Shown here in pieces: positions 1 through 12,130 of a stretch of DNA of 64,000 nucleotides (within the stretch, counting starts at the first letter, position 1; each line of letters opens with the position of its first letter). Under the pieces are notes generated by a model. That model ran no database searches and was not told the origin of the DNA. It worked only from the letters and a program-made list of their open reading frames with translations. A program made the position numbers and the translations under genes. Origin of the DNA: Felis catus (taxonomy: Eukaryota). The DNA lies in the NCBI RefSeq assembly GCF_018350175.1, contig NC_058368.1, forward strand, positions 126,978,001 to 127,042,000, read 5' to 3'.

Positions 1-409
1 TACTGGTATATATGTGTAGGTCGGGGTGTAGAGGATAGTTATCCTTAAAAAGAGACATAGTGGTGAGAATGAAGGTTGTGGTGGTAGAATGAAAAGTGTA
101 CTGGACTGGTCCGCTAATGCCTAGATCTGGATCTGCCACACTTAGGGTTTACTGTGGTGATTAAATTAGATGATGTACGTTCAAGATCCTGATACACCAT
201 AGGCTTTAAAAAATGGTTGTTGAATTAAACGTTGGATGTGTTTTTTTTACCTGCATTTTACTTTAGAAATTATACATAACACAGATAAACATAAAAAAAA
301 AATCAAAGTTGACCCTCTGAAAGCCTTATGTTGCAATGAGCTAAAGGAATTAATGTTTACTGACTACAAAGTATAAACCGTGGGATGCTTCATAAACAGT
401 GTCCCCTGC

Positions 410-545
410 AGCAGTACTCTGAGTTAGTATTGTCCCTCTTTACACATTGAAAATCAAGGCTGTAAAAATTTTGGTAATTTACCCAAAGTGACGCAGCTAG
501 TGTTAACCCGGGTCCATCTCACTCCAAAGCCTTTACTTGTGAGAA
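410..545 (-). mobile_element. MIR SINE fragment
   Basis: Degenerate reverse complement of the MIR core (…gtaatttacccaaagtgacgcagctagt…ccatctcactccaaagcc); boundaries approximate. Confidence 0.6.
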
Positions 546-548
546 CTT

Positions 549-721
549 CAGCAGTTCTCAAACCAGCCTAATTAAAAGAATCTCCTGGGTTGCTAGTTAA
601 AAACAGAGGCTCTCCTATTCCTGTCCAAGCTTACTGAATCAGATTCTAAAGGGAGTAGCCTGAGACTCTGCATGTTGTATCAAAGCCTTAGGTCATTCTT
701 AATAACAGCAAGGGAACACTG
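549..721. mobile_element. MER5-like hAT-Charlie MITE
   Basis: Starts cagcagttctcaaa and ends gggaacactg; internal gaatctcctggg, tactgaatcaga and tctgcat motifs typical of MER5A/B. Confidence 0.6.
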
Positions 722-794
722 CTTGAAAAAGCTGACAGAGTCAAAGTAAGCAGACATAGAATTGCTTTGCATTATGCTCAATAGAGGGAAGAAT

Positions 795-852
795 GGAAGG
801 AAGGAAGGAAGGAAGGAAGGAAGGAAGGAAGGAAGGAAGGAAGGAAGGAAGG
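795..852 (+). repeat. (GGAA)n microsatellite, ~14 units
   Basis: Perfect tetranucleotide run read directly. Confidence 0.97.
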
Positions 853-1796
853 CAAGGTAAGGAGAAGGGGAAGGGACAGAGGGAAGACAAAGAATCCTGG
901 AGCTAATGTCTATGCCATTTGAAGGACTATGAGAAGGCACTTACTAGATGGGTGCTTTCTTTCTAACTGTACCCAGGCTGTTTAATGCAAACACAGGAGC
1001 CAGCCAACAGGAAGCGCAGCTTGCCACTGCAGAGGAGTAAAGCACTTTGAACTACAGGCATCTTGTACACCCAAATTACATGCTGTGATACACATAGTAT
1101 TTGAGCTGTTCCGCAAGACAGAAGCCAATTATTCTTGGCACATACTTCTATCGTGCTATCCAAATCACCATCCCTCACATGTGGAACTGTGCCACATCAA
1201 ATGCACCAAGCCATAAATTCTTTAAACTCTTAGAGATGAAAGTCAAACATTGGAGAAAAAGATAGTTTGGTACACACACCATATAGCTGAAAAGATGTAT
1301 GCTTAACTTATCACTGCTGAATCTATTAAGAGAAAATGGGCAGCAAAAGTCTGCTTTTGGAATTTTTCAGAGCGCAAACTGAACTTCTTCAATGTAATTC
1401 AGCATAATCATTGCATTTTCAATTTTTGGTGAAGTCACTTTATTTATGGTATTCATCTTAAAATAATTGACTTTTCAGCCTCTTTCTCTAAATGTTTTTG
1501 AACCCAGGGGAAAAACATAGACACTTAAACCAAGAATAGAGGCTGTAGGTACCATAAAATTCTGTTGGGAATCACAGAAACTGCACATATGTTCTGATTG
1601 GTAGTGTTATTTACAAATCATATCGATTAGTTGACCCACTCCCCCATCTCTTACCTCTTATAAATCTTGAAGTTAAGAGAAGGTTTCATCAAAACTGGTA
1701 GGTGATATTGAAATAGAAATCCAATGATAATTGTTAATGTTATAATAGAACATTTAAAAACAAAGATCCTGAAAGATTGAAACAGGACTAGAGGCA

Positions 1797-1970
1797 CTAG
1801 TCCTGGGCTTCTCATCCTTTAATTTGCTTAGTCACATCCCAGGAACTTTGTTAAAGTGCAGATTCTGATTTAGGAGGGCTGCATTTCCTAGTGCTGAAGT
1901 TCTGCAGCTCTAACAAGTGCTCAGGTGGTACTCACACTGCTGGTCTAGATATCATAATAAGAGTAGCAAG
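1797..1970. mobile_element. MER5A-like hAT MITE
   Basis: ttgttaaagtgcagattctgatt…ctaacaagtgctcaggtg…ctgctggtc…gagtagcaag motifs. Confidence 0.55.
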
Positions 1971-2905
1971 TCCACCAAATTAAGAAAGCTCACACTGGTG
2001 AAGTTGCCAGAGACATGATAAAGAATCTCCAGTAGGAGGGCTATAACGTAGCATTAGAGTCACTTAGACATAAAATGCAAAGATGAAAGATGGAAGGTTT
2101 ACATAATTTCTCCAATTTCTCTAGAAGGAATTGGTTACACTTTAATAGAAAAATAATTTTATTTTTGATTCATAAGACAGGAATTCTGAGAGGGTAGGCA
2201 GATTTAAAATCACTACAACTGGGGTTCTTAAAGTTTAAAAATCTGACGAGCATACTGGACTATCTCCCCATAAAAATGTAGATGTGAACATGGACACACA
2301 TTTCTGCATGCAATTACCAAAGGCTCACTGAGCTTTCTTCTGAAAAGCATGAACCACCTAGGTAGGGGCCCACAGATTTAAGATTACCAATGAACAAAAT
2401 TGGTGCACAGGGAAAATCCATAGTTTTAAGAGTGACAGAACAACCACAAACCTGCTTTTGTATTTGAATGATGATATTATTGTATAAAGGATATTAGTGC
2501 CTGAAACATATCCCTTAAAAAAAAAAGCTGGCTGAAATGTATATTTTCCCAACATAAGACATTAAGCTTCTTCATGTTACTTAGGAGGAAATCACTACAT
2601 TAACAAGTTAAATATAAACTGTTTGGAGAAAAATAACACAAGACAAAGCTCCAGGTATAAAAAATACTATATAGAAAAAGGATTTCTAAAGATATAAAGG
2701 GCAATTGTTTTATGCTGATGCTCCATGTTGTCTTTTTTTTCCCCAATAGTTTTGAGCATCTCATCACCTATATATTTATACTAGTGAGAAATTATAAATA
2801 TTTAATAGTTGTCAATTAAAAGGCATAAGAACGAGTTTATTTTTTCAAGATTTATTGATCATCTAATCTTCAATAAGTAGCTTAGAATCTAGAAAGGAAG
2901 CTATA

Positions 2906-2906
<1 letters not shown>

Positions 2907-2949
<43 letters not shown>
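2907..2949 (+). repeat. (TG)n microsatellite, ~21 units
   Basis: Perfect dinucleotide run. Confidence 0.97.
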
Positions 2950-2951
<2 letters not shown>

Positions 2952-2989
2952 CTATACACCAAGGCATGATACGAAATATAGCCACAAAG

Positions 2990-3240
2990 CTGTATGAGTC
3001 CTGGGTACTGAGAGTACTAACAGAAGGGTGATTGCTTCCAGAATGAGATAATGGGGAGTGTCAAGGAAACAGTCACAGAAGGAGCTTTGAGCTGGACCCA
3101 GAAAGATGAGTAGGGTTTCAATAGATGCAGAAGTAAAGGGAAGGAAGGCATTTTATGAAAACAGGCTCATATTAACAAAGCATTGCAGAGGTGGAGTGAG
3201 GGGAAATATGCACTTTGGACCAAAAAGAGTATGATACTCT
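2990..3240 (-). mobile_element. L2 LINE fragment
   Basis: Purine-rich motifs typical of antisense L2 (tttgagctggacccagaaagatgagtagggttt…ggaaggcatt). Confidence 0.5.
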
Positions 3241-3267
3241 CTTATATTTGTTATAATAATACAACGT

Positions 3268-3668
3268 GCAGAGTCTCCCCTCCTTGAATCTTGGCTGGGA
3301 CTGGGACTTGCTATATGTGGCAAAATTGGTTGTGTGCCAGTTCTGGGCTTATGCATTAAGATGGCCTGGCTTTCATATTCTTGGCGGTTCTGAGCTGCCA
3401 GGAAAGGAAGACTGACTACCTTTCACATGGAGATCACATGGAGAGAGAAAGCTCTGAGCCTACATGAAGTGGACAGTAGTTAGGGTCATCCCAGCTGAGT
3501 TCCCAGCCTCCAGTCAACTGGCCAAGGGAATACAATCACATTCAGAACTAAAGTAAGACAAGCAGAACTGCCTAGCTGAGCCCGGTGGGGACTGCAGAGT
3601 AGAATAGTTGCTTTTTAGGGTATCAATTTTTGGAATAGTCTGTTATATGGTAATATACAACTGAAACA
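3268..3668 (+). mobile_element. ERVL-MaLR solo LTR (MLT1-type)
   Basis: tctcccctccttgaatct…tgtgccagttctgggc…agaactgcctagctgagccc… and MLT1-like 3' end tgttatatggtaatatacaactgaaaca. Confidence 0.7.
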
Positions 3669-4143
3669 GAGCATTTATTCCCATTTTTAAATCAGTACCT
3701 TCTATTGATAAATATTAAACCTGCACACCTACCTGGAGATTCAGATGTAGCCCTTTCCTTCTACTCACATTAGTCAAGACTTGTTTTGAACCTTATTGCT
3801 GGAGTTTAGTATGCAAAATTCTAGCATTTTTTTTCTTTTTATAAATCAACAATGCCTGCACCACCCCTCCTTTCACGCCTCCTTGATAAGAGCACCTTAG
3901 ATTACCAACGGTGTGTAACTTTGTGCGTGAGCATGTGTGTGGGTCTGCATGTATGTGGGTTGTGTTATATAGACATATCTATCCTAAAACAATTTACATC
4001 AAATAATTCCTTATATGTGACGTACACTTATTTTTTTCTATTTTATTCAATTTCCTTTTCTTACTGCTTATTGTAGCCCACTGCATTTGGTTCATAATGC
4101 ACGAGTAGGTTGACATCTTCAGTGTAAAAAATCCTGTCCTGTT

Positions 4144-5692
4144 ACATGTAAAAAAAAGAAACTGGACCATCTTTCAACACCATACACAAAAATAAACTCA
4201 CAATGGATTCAAGATCTAAATGTGAGACCTGTAATGATAAATACCCTAGAAGAGAAGAGAAGCTGTAATTTTTCTGACATTGGCCATAGCAACATTTTCT
4301 TATACATGTCTCCTTAAGTAGACAGAAACAAAAGCAAAAATAATTAGGACTGCATGAAAATAAAAAAGCTTTTGCACATCAAAGGAAACCCATCAACAAA
4401 ATTAAAAGGCAATCTAAAGAATGGGAGAAGATATTTGCAAAGGATATACCCTATAAGGGTTAATATCCAAAATATATAAACAACTCATACGACTCAACAC
4501 CAAAAAATCCAATTAAAAAATGGGCAGGGGACGTGAATATTTTTTTTCCAAAGCATACATACAGATGGCCAACAGACACATGAAAAGATGTTCAACATCA
4601 CTCATCATCAGGGAAATGCAAATCAAAGCCACCATGAGATATCACCTTACACCTGTCAGAATGACTAGAATCAAAAAGATAAGAAATAAGCGTTGACAAG
4701 GGTGTGGAGAAAAAGGAACCCTTAATATAAATTGGTACAGCCACTGTGAAAAACAGTATGGAGGTTCCTCCAAAAAATTAAAAGTAGAAATACCATATGA
4801 TCCAGTAATTCTTTTTATTGGGTATTTACCCAAAGAAAATGAAAACACTAATTGTAAGTGATATATACACTCTCATTTTTATTGCAGCATTATTTACAAT
4901 ACTAAACTATGGAAGCAACCTAAATATCCATCAATAGACACATGTATAAGGAGGATGTGGTATATATACACAACGGAATATTATACAGACATAAAAAAGG
5001 ATGAGATCATGCCATTTGAGACAACATGGATCGACCTAGCAGGTATTATACTAAGTGAAATAAGTCAGACTGTGAAAGACAAATACCATATGTTTTCATT
5101 CAAAAGTGAATCTCAGGGACGCCTGGGTGGCTCAGTTAAATGTCTGACTTTGGCTCAGGTCATGATCTTGTGGTTCCTGAGTTTGAAGCTCACATTGGGC
5201 TCTGTGTTGACAGCTCAGAGCCTGGAGTCTGCTTCAGATTCTATGTCTCCCTTTATTTCTGCCCCTCCCCACTCACGCTCTGTCTCTCTCACTCCAAAAA
5301 AAATTTTTAAAGTGCACCCCCCCAAAAAAAAACAAACCAAAAAAGCAAATGAATAAATGAACAAATGAACCAAATGAATAAAAAATACAAAGCAGAATCA
5401 GACCTATAAATACAGAGAATGAACTGATGGTTGCTGGGGGAGGAATGGGGGCTGGCAAAATGGGTGAAGTGGCGTGGAGATACAAACTTCTAATTATGGA
5501 ATGAGTAAGTCATGGGAATAAAGGGCACAGCATAAGGAATACAGTCAATGATATTGTAATAGGGAGGTATGGGGACAGGTGGTCATTAACACTCGTGGTG
5601 AATGCAGCATAATGTATAAACTTGTTGAATCACTATGTTGTATACCTGAAATAGTATGCCATTGTGTGTTGACTATACTCAACTAAAAAATA
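4144..5692 (+). mobile_element. LINE-1, 5'-truncated older carnivore element: disrupted ORF2 3' part plus 3' UTR, interrupted by a Can-SINE
   Basis: L1 ORF2 nucleotide motifs (caccatacacaaaaataaactca; catcactcatcatcagggaaatgcaaatcaaa); ORF 4955.. begins MWYIYTTEYYTDIKKDEIMPFETTWIDL…LSEISQ, the ORF2p C-terminus; multiple frameshifts and stops. Confidence 0.93.
5116..5310 (+). mobile_element. Can-SINE (feliform) nested in L1
   Basis: gggacgcctgggtggctcag head, ctcagagcctggagtctg body, CT-rich region and A tail. Confidence 0.92.
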
Positions 5693-5932
5693 AGGTACAA
5701 CAAATAAATATTTAAACAACTAAAAACACTGCCTTAAGAGGCATTAATCATCCATTGAATATTCACTAAAATTCTCTAATCTCTTGGGTACAATACTGAA
5801 AAAACAAACACAATTCCTTCTTTCGTGGGCAGAATATTCATTAAATAGCAATAATAACAAAATAGGTACAAAGTATGATTTAATTCCATTTTTAATACAT
5901 GCTGAGAAACTGTGATAAAGAGACCTTATTGA

Positions 5933-6153
5933 GGGGCGCCTGGGTGGCGCAGTCGGTTAAGCGTCCGACTTCAGCCAGGTCACGATCTCGCGGTCCGGAA
6001 GTTCGAGCCCTGCGTCGGGCTCTGGGCTGATGGCTCAGAGCCTGGAGCCTGTTTCTGATTCTGTGTCTCCCTCTCTCTCTGCCCCTCCCCCGTTCATGCT
6101 CTGTCTCTCTCTGCCCCAAAAATAAATAAACGTTGAAAAAAAATTAAAAAAAA
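5933..6153 (+). mobile_element. Young Can-SINE (SINEC_Fc-like) with perfect 16-bp TSD
   Basis: CpG-rich near-consensus ggggcgcctgggtggcgcagtcggttaagcgtccgact; TSD aaagagaccttattga at 5917-5932 and 6154-6169. Confidence 0.97.
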
Positions 6154-7209
6154 AAAGAGACCTTATTGAATCTGGAAAATTGAGGTGGATTTGTTCATGG
6201 ATGCCAAGTTAGGGAAAGTCTGAAGCAACAGAGGTCAGTCTTCAGACAAAGCATTTCCCCAACTTTCTGGTCTGTCAAGGCTGACAGAGGAGGACAGCAG
6301 GAGGCTGCTGAAAAAGTAAGTGGGTCCAAGTCGGGTCATGCTCCATCCAATCCAAAAGATAGTTGTAGGGGCTGATACATGCCTTTAGTCTGCTGAGCTC
6401 AGCTTGTATTTAACACTTCCCAACAATTCTTGGCTTCTTGGGTCTTCTTGGGAGAAAAGACTCAAGCACACTACATTGAAATAGTCCTCTCACAGCCCGG
6501 AAATGAACAAAGTGAAATTGTCTACCACATCTCAATATCAAATTAAGAGACTGATCCAGAGTTATGCAAAATCATCTCCAAGAGACTCCCAAGCTGGACC
6601 CTGAGAGTAACTGGTTAAGGATGTTAACACATCTGGAGAAAGAATGCTCCCATTCAAGGTGCAGGGAGGGTAGCAAGTAAATCTGAGAAAAAGGAGAGAT
6701 GTGCTGTCCATGAGGAGAGGAAGTACCTGTGTGGGACTGGGGAGGGGGCCTGTCCTACTGCAAAGGACCAGCCTTGCTGCTCATTCCAATGTCCTAGCTC
6801 CTCAAAAACAGGAGACAGTAAACATTCTGATCCAATTTAACTCTGTCTATTCTAAATCTATCATTTGGCTTTCTGAACTTACCTACAGAAGGAGAATGTG
6901 TGTACTGGTAAAGCCAAAACATTTTGTAGCTTTTAAGCAATCAATTGATATTGTGGCTTTAAGACTCTGGTGAGCTTTGAGAATGGGAGTCAGCATAGTC
7001 AGGGAAGAGGACAAGATCATTGTTCTAAGACTGTGTGTCTGAGGGGGAAAGCCTGGAGTACAGTTAATACACCAAGGAAAATACTACTCTGTAAGGACCT
7101 GTTGGATGGCCAACTGTCCTTCCCCAGGCAATATTCCCAGGTAATTCTCTTTCCCTTCCTTCCCTTCCCCCCAAGTACCATTTTTCATTTAACATTTCTA
7201 TAAGGTAGC

Positions 7210-7450
7210 AACTAACTACAGCAACTATCCAGTACAACAGCAGGTAACTTGTCCAATGTTGCCATGTTCTAGGCATTGTGCCAAGCACAATGTGGATTAT
7301 CTTATTTAATCCTCATTCTAAGAAGGTACTATTATTATTCCTATTTTACCACTATGAAAACTGAGGTTAGGTATAAGGTCTCATAAACAGTAATGTCAGA
7401 GCTGGGATTCAGAGCAACGTGATTCCAGAGCTGGCACCTTGAACCTATGT
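7210..7450 (-). mobile_element. MIR SINE
   Basis: ccatgttctaggcattgtgccaagcac…tttaatcctca…gaaaactgagg…gagctgggattc, reverse complement of MIR. Confidence 0.75.
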
Positions 7451-7946
7451 GGTTTACAGAGTTCGTGCTCTTTAAAAGGAGGAGGACAAAGAACCTCAGC
7501 CTGTATGCTTTGATGACCTACACACCTTTCTTGGTGTCACACAGGACTTCAATGTTTCTTCTTCTGGGCTCTCCAGTGCTCCATTTAAGTCAGAGAGAAA
7601 TAGTTCAGGTTCCCACCTTCAACCTCATCTTTTCTCTTGGCTTTTCTGTGGTCTCATAGGGTATATAGTTCCTTCGTAATTAATTTGTTTCAATTTGCTT
7701 CTTTCCAGTCTAGGATCGTTCAAGCATGATCCTGGAACTAGAAAATGTGCGCTTATCCTCCAGTGAACTTTCTATAGTTTCTTAAGGTGATAATAGCAAG
7801 CTACTGAGGATCTCACTTTTGGATAGGCTCTTGGATTATGACTGTCCCCCCAGATATCTCCTAGGCAACTGGCCTAATGTAGGAATGGCCATTTACATAA
7901 ACCTCAATCATTAACTAAGGCATTATTTTTCAAAAGATGTCATCTT

Positions 7947-8162
7947 GGGGTGCCTGGATGGCTCAGTTGGTTGAGCATCTGACTCTTGATTTTGGCTCCG
8001 GTCATGATCTCACGGTTCCTGAGATAGAGCCCACATTGGGTTTTGTGCTGACATCATGGACGGAGCCTGCTTGGAATTCTCTCTCTCTCTCTCTCTCTCT
8101 CTTCTCATCTCCCACTCAAGTGTGTTCTCTCTGTCACTCAAAACAAATAAACATAAAAAAAA
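7947..8162 (+). mobile_element. Can-SINE
   Basis: ggggtgcctggatggctcag head, (CT)n and A-rich tail. Confidence 0.93.
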
Positions 8163-8164
8163 GA

Positions 8165-8917
8165 ATGTATTGAACACTGACCATGACTAAAGCAATATTC
8201 TACATAAATCTGTACCAGTGAACAAAATGGGTGAAGACCCTCACCCACAAGTAGCTCACAGTCTAGGAGGTGAAAGAGACTACCTAATAAATGCAGTGAA
8301 TTATGTGTCAGAAGGAAAAATGGTATTTAGAAACAAACAGATACACCCACAAATACAACAGGGACTGGGAAATGGGGGTGATTCAGGATGCAGTTAAAAA
8401 ATATGATGGTCAAGGCTGGTCTCATGTGGAAGATGAAACACGAACCAAATCTTGAGGAAAATCAAGGAATTGTTCTGAGGTTTTTCGGGAAAACAGCAAT
8501 CCATGCAGTGCCATGGTCTTAAGGCGTAAGCACATGGGAGGAGCTTGACGATCAGCAAGAAGGCTAGTGTGGCTAGACCTGAGTGAACAAGGGGGAGAAG
8601 AGTGCACAAGAAGGCCAGAGATGAAATAGGTACCAAATCAGGGTGGACACTGTAGGCTGCAATAACCACTTTAATTCTGAGAGAAATGGCAGCCATTGCA
8701 AGATCGTGAGCAGAGGAATGATACAGTCTGCATTGGCTCCTGTCTTTAAAACAAACTGTAGTGCAGCCAAGGTAGAAGCAGAGTGACCTACTAAGAGGCT
8801 ACTGCAATCATCCAGGTCACAGAAGATGGTGGCTTCCAATAAGGAAGTAGCCATGGAGGTGATGGGAAAGAGTGCGGCACTATGGGCTTCAGGGGTCCCT
8901 GATGGACTGAATATGAG
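8165..8917 (-). mobile_element. L2 LINE 3' fragment
   Basis: Antisense L2 3' motifs (tattgaacact; gaccctcacccacaagtagctcacagtctag; gaggctactgcaatcatccagg; gatggactgaatatg). Confidence 0.75.
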
Positions 8918-9379
8918 ATCCTCACCAGCAAACAGAGCAAGAAAGACAGAATGAGGTAGAGAGGTGTAATTGATGGGAGGGGACTGGCTACATTTTACTT
9001 CTCACCACGTACAAATTTAGCTCTTGATATTAGCAGATTTAAATAATTCATAATTTTAAAAACATAATTGGAAAATGTATCAATACTTTCACACCAATTT
9101 GCATGAAAAATTGTGTTAAACTGGAAATTAGGGTTTCATTGTCAAACTGCTGGTATGTTTTTTTTCCCCACCATATTATCAAAAACAAACAAACCAGAAT
9201 AACCACTGGTATGAATGAAACATTCATCACTATCTCATAGAAATGGTGTCTTTTTGCTTCTCTGTCCATTAAAGGTTTTGATAATTTAGCTAACTATATT
9301 ATTTACTGGTTTTATTCCGAGAAATTGAACACTAAGAGGTACATTCTAGTAGAAAGGCTGCCCTAGGGTAAAATAAAAA

Positions 9380-9790
9380 GCAGGTTAGCACTGCTGTAAA
9401 GAGTCTGATCTTTGGAACAGACTGCTCAAATTTGACTGTTGACTCTGTTACTATCTACATGACCCTGGGCTACCTTAGTTTCCACAACTAAGAATAAGAA
9501 TAAATAATAATAATAATAAATAAATAAATAAATAAATAAGAATAATAATATATAATTATTATTTTTATATTTATTATACAATAAATATAAATATTTTTAC
9601 ATTTATATAAATAATATATTTATAATTTATTTATATATTATTTATATTATATTAATTAATTATTTATTTATTTAATTTATTATTATAAATTATATTTATA
9701 TTATTATTATTATCACTGATTTATGGTGAGGGTTAAACAAAGTCCTTAGAAGAGTGAGGCACACAGAAAACCCTCAATGAATGGCATTAC
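9380..9790 (+). mobile_element. MIR SINE split by an AT-rich expansion
   Basis: 5' half (ctttggaacagactgc…tgaccctgggc…ccttagtttcc) and 3' half (gtgagggttaaac…ccttagaagagtgaggcacacagaaaaccctcaatgaatg) flank the AT tract. Confidence 0.6.
9489..9713. repeat. AT-rich low-complexity tract, quasi-palindromic
   Basis: ~225 bp almost purely A/T; left end (AAT)/(AAAT) repeats, right end (TATT)/(TAT) repeats. Confidence 0.9.
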
Positions 9791-10083
9791 TTATTGAGCT
9801 ATTGAGTATACTTGCTACTACCATGCACCTGGAAATTCTCACCTCTCTTCCCAGGAGATTATTTTTATATTTGATAACTCTTTTTTTTTCACTAGTCATT
9901 TCTTTCTTATGGAAAAAGTGAGAAAGGAAAGAAAATGGACAACTGTGATATAAATGCTCAACACTGTAGGCTCAATAACACTATTGGTTAGAACACGAAC
10001 AATTTCAAAAATAATTTTGAAGAAGTATATTTTGAGGCAGAAGACTCTTGAAAATTTTTTGCTCAACTAAAAAAAAGTGTTGC

Positions 10084-10922
10084 CATCCCCAAAGGCAAGG
10101 GAATTAAAAGCAAAAGTGAATTACTGGGACCTTATGAAGATAAAAAGCTTCTGCACAGCAAAGGAAACAACCAACAAAACTAAAAGGCAACCAACGGAAT
10201 GGGAAAAGATATTCGCAAATGACATATTGGACAAAGGGCTAGTATCCAAAATCTATAAAGAGCTCACCAAACTCCACACCCGAAAAACAAATAACCCAGT
10301 GAAGAAATGGGCAGAAAACATGAATAGACACTTCTCTAAAGAAGACATCCGGACAGCCAACAGGCACATGAAAAGATGTTCAGCGTCGCTCCTTATCAGG
10401 GAAATACAAATCAAAACCACACTCAGGTATCACCTCACGCCAGTCAGAGTGGCCAAAATGAACAAATCAGGAGACTATAGATGCTGGAGAGGATGTGGAG
10501 AAACGGGAACCCTCTTGCACTGTTGGTGGGAATGCAAATTGGTGCAGCCGCTCTGGAAAGCAGTGTGGAGGTTCCTCAGAAAATTAAAAATAGAACTACC
10601 CTATGACCCAGCAATAGCACTGCTAGGAATTTATCCAAGGGATACAGGAGTACTGATGCATAGGGCCACTTGTACCCCAATGTTCATAGCAGCACTCTCA
10701 ACAATAGCCAAATTATGGAAAGAGCCTAAATGTCCATCAACTGATGAATGGATAAAGAAATTGTGGTTTATATACACAATGGAATTCTACGTGGCAATGA
10801 GAAAAAATGAAATATGGCCTTTTGTAGCAACGTGGATGGAACTGGAGAGTGTGATGCTAAGTGAAATAAGCCATACAGAGAAAGACAGATACCATATGGT
10901 TTCACTCTTATGTGGATCCTGA
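10084..10922 (+). pseudogene. LINE-1 ORF2p C-terminal fragment (~279 codons, stop-free, includes the CCHC motif; lacks EN and RT domains)
   Basis: ORF track 10077..10922: [11 protein letters not shown]…[18 protein letters not shown]…[14 protein letters not shown], recognisable ORF2p C-terminus. The predicted GTG start lies in the TSD, not in L1. Confidence 0.93.
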
Positions 10923-11188
10923 GAAACCTAACAGGAACCCATGGGGGAGGGGAAGGAAAAAAAAAAAAAAGAGGTTAGAGTGGGAGAGAGCCAAAGCATA
11001 AGAGACTGTTAAAAACTGAGAACAAACTGAGGGTTGATGGGGGGTGGGAGGGAGGGGAAGGTGGGTGATGGGTATTGAGGAGGGCACTTTTGGGATGAGC
11101 ACTGGGTGTTGTATGGAAACTAATTTGTCAATAAATTTCATATATTAAAAAAAAATAAAAAAATAAAAAAAATAAAAAAATTAAAAAT
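10084..11188 (+). mobile_element. Young felid LINE-1 (L1_Fc-like), 5'-truncated, with poly(A) tail and TSD
   Basis: ORF2 C-terminus, G-rich cat-type 3' UTR, AATAAA and patterned A tail; TSD aaaaaaagtgttgc at 10070-10083 and 11189-11202. Confidence 0.97.
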
Positions 11189-11399
11189 AAAAAAAGTGTT
11201 GCAGTGGCAAATGGTCAAATGATAGGATCTCATTAAAATATATTTTATTTTTTTATTTTTTTTCATTAAAATATATTTTAAATATGCAAATATGCAAACA
11301 TTTGGAAGGAAATATTAATGGCGGTTATCTCTGCACGGCTAGATTTGTACAGTTTTAATGCATTTTGTGACTCATTTTTGTTTTATTTTCTGAATGTGT

Positions 11400-12130
11400 A
11401 TGGAATGCTCAGATGACTGATTCGTGTCACCAACTGAGATACAAAACAGAGGAACAAATTTAGGAGAAAAGCTAAAATTGATTTTGGGTATGAAGAATTT
11501 GATAAACTTGCAAGGTACTCAGGTAAAAATTTTCAATAAACAGACCAGTTTTCAAACTTCATGAAAGTGTCTAAGATGGACTTGGATATGAATTATCACA
11601 TAGAGATGGCAGTTAAAATCACAAGAATGCATGAGCGAATTCTGGAAAACCTGCAGTGACCAATGTCTAAGAAAGGGTGAAGGAACTGCAGACTAAGAGG
11701 AAAACAGAAAGAGTGTATGGCCTCACGCCCAAGAGGGAGAGGGTTTCAAGGAGGACAGAATGACCATCGCCTTACTGAAGCCTAGTAAGTAATGAGCTGA
11801 AAAGTGTCTGTGTGATTTGATAATTAGGAGATGGGAGGAACCAGAGTGTGAGTATTTGCAATTGAGCCATGGAGCTGAAGGTAACTGCAAGAGGGCTGAG
11901 AAAAGAAAAGGAAGGAGCAAATCTACAGTTTCCTTTCTACAAGTTTGGGTGAGAAAATCAGTAATGATAAGGGGAAGACACAAGATTAAAGAAGAAGGGG
12001 ATTTTTTCCCCTTAGGAATGGAGGAACTCAATGATTCTGAGGGAGAAAAAGCTACCAGCGACTAGGTCAAAGACAAAAGAAGCAGAAGAGAAGATGGATG
12101 GAATAATATCCAAGAAGAGGTATTCAAGGG
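11400..12130 (-). mobile_element. L2 LINE fragment
   Basis: Degenerate antisense L2 motifs (tgattttgggtatgaagaatttga; gagagggtttcaaggagg; gtgatttgataattaggag). Confidence 0.55.

Noticed and set aside
4955..5356. 133-aa ORF as a novel chimeric protein
   Set aside because: Decayed L1 ORF2 C-terminus reading by chance into a nested SINE; no promoter or splice support
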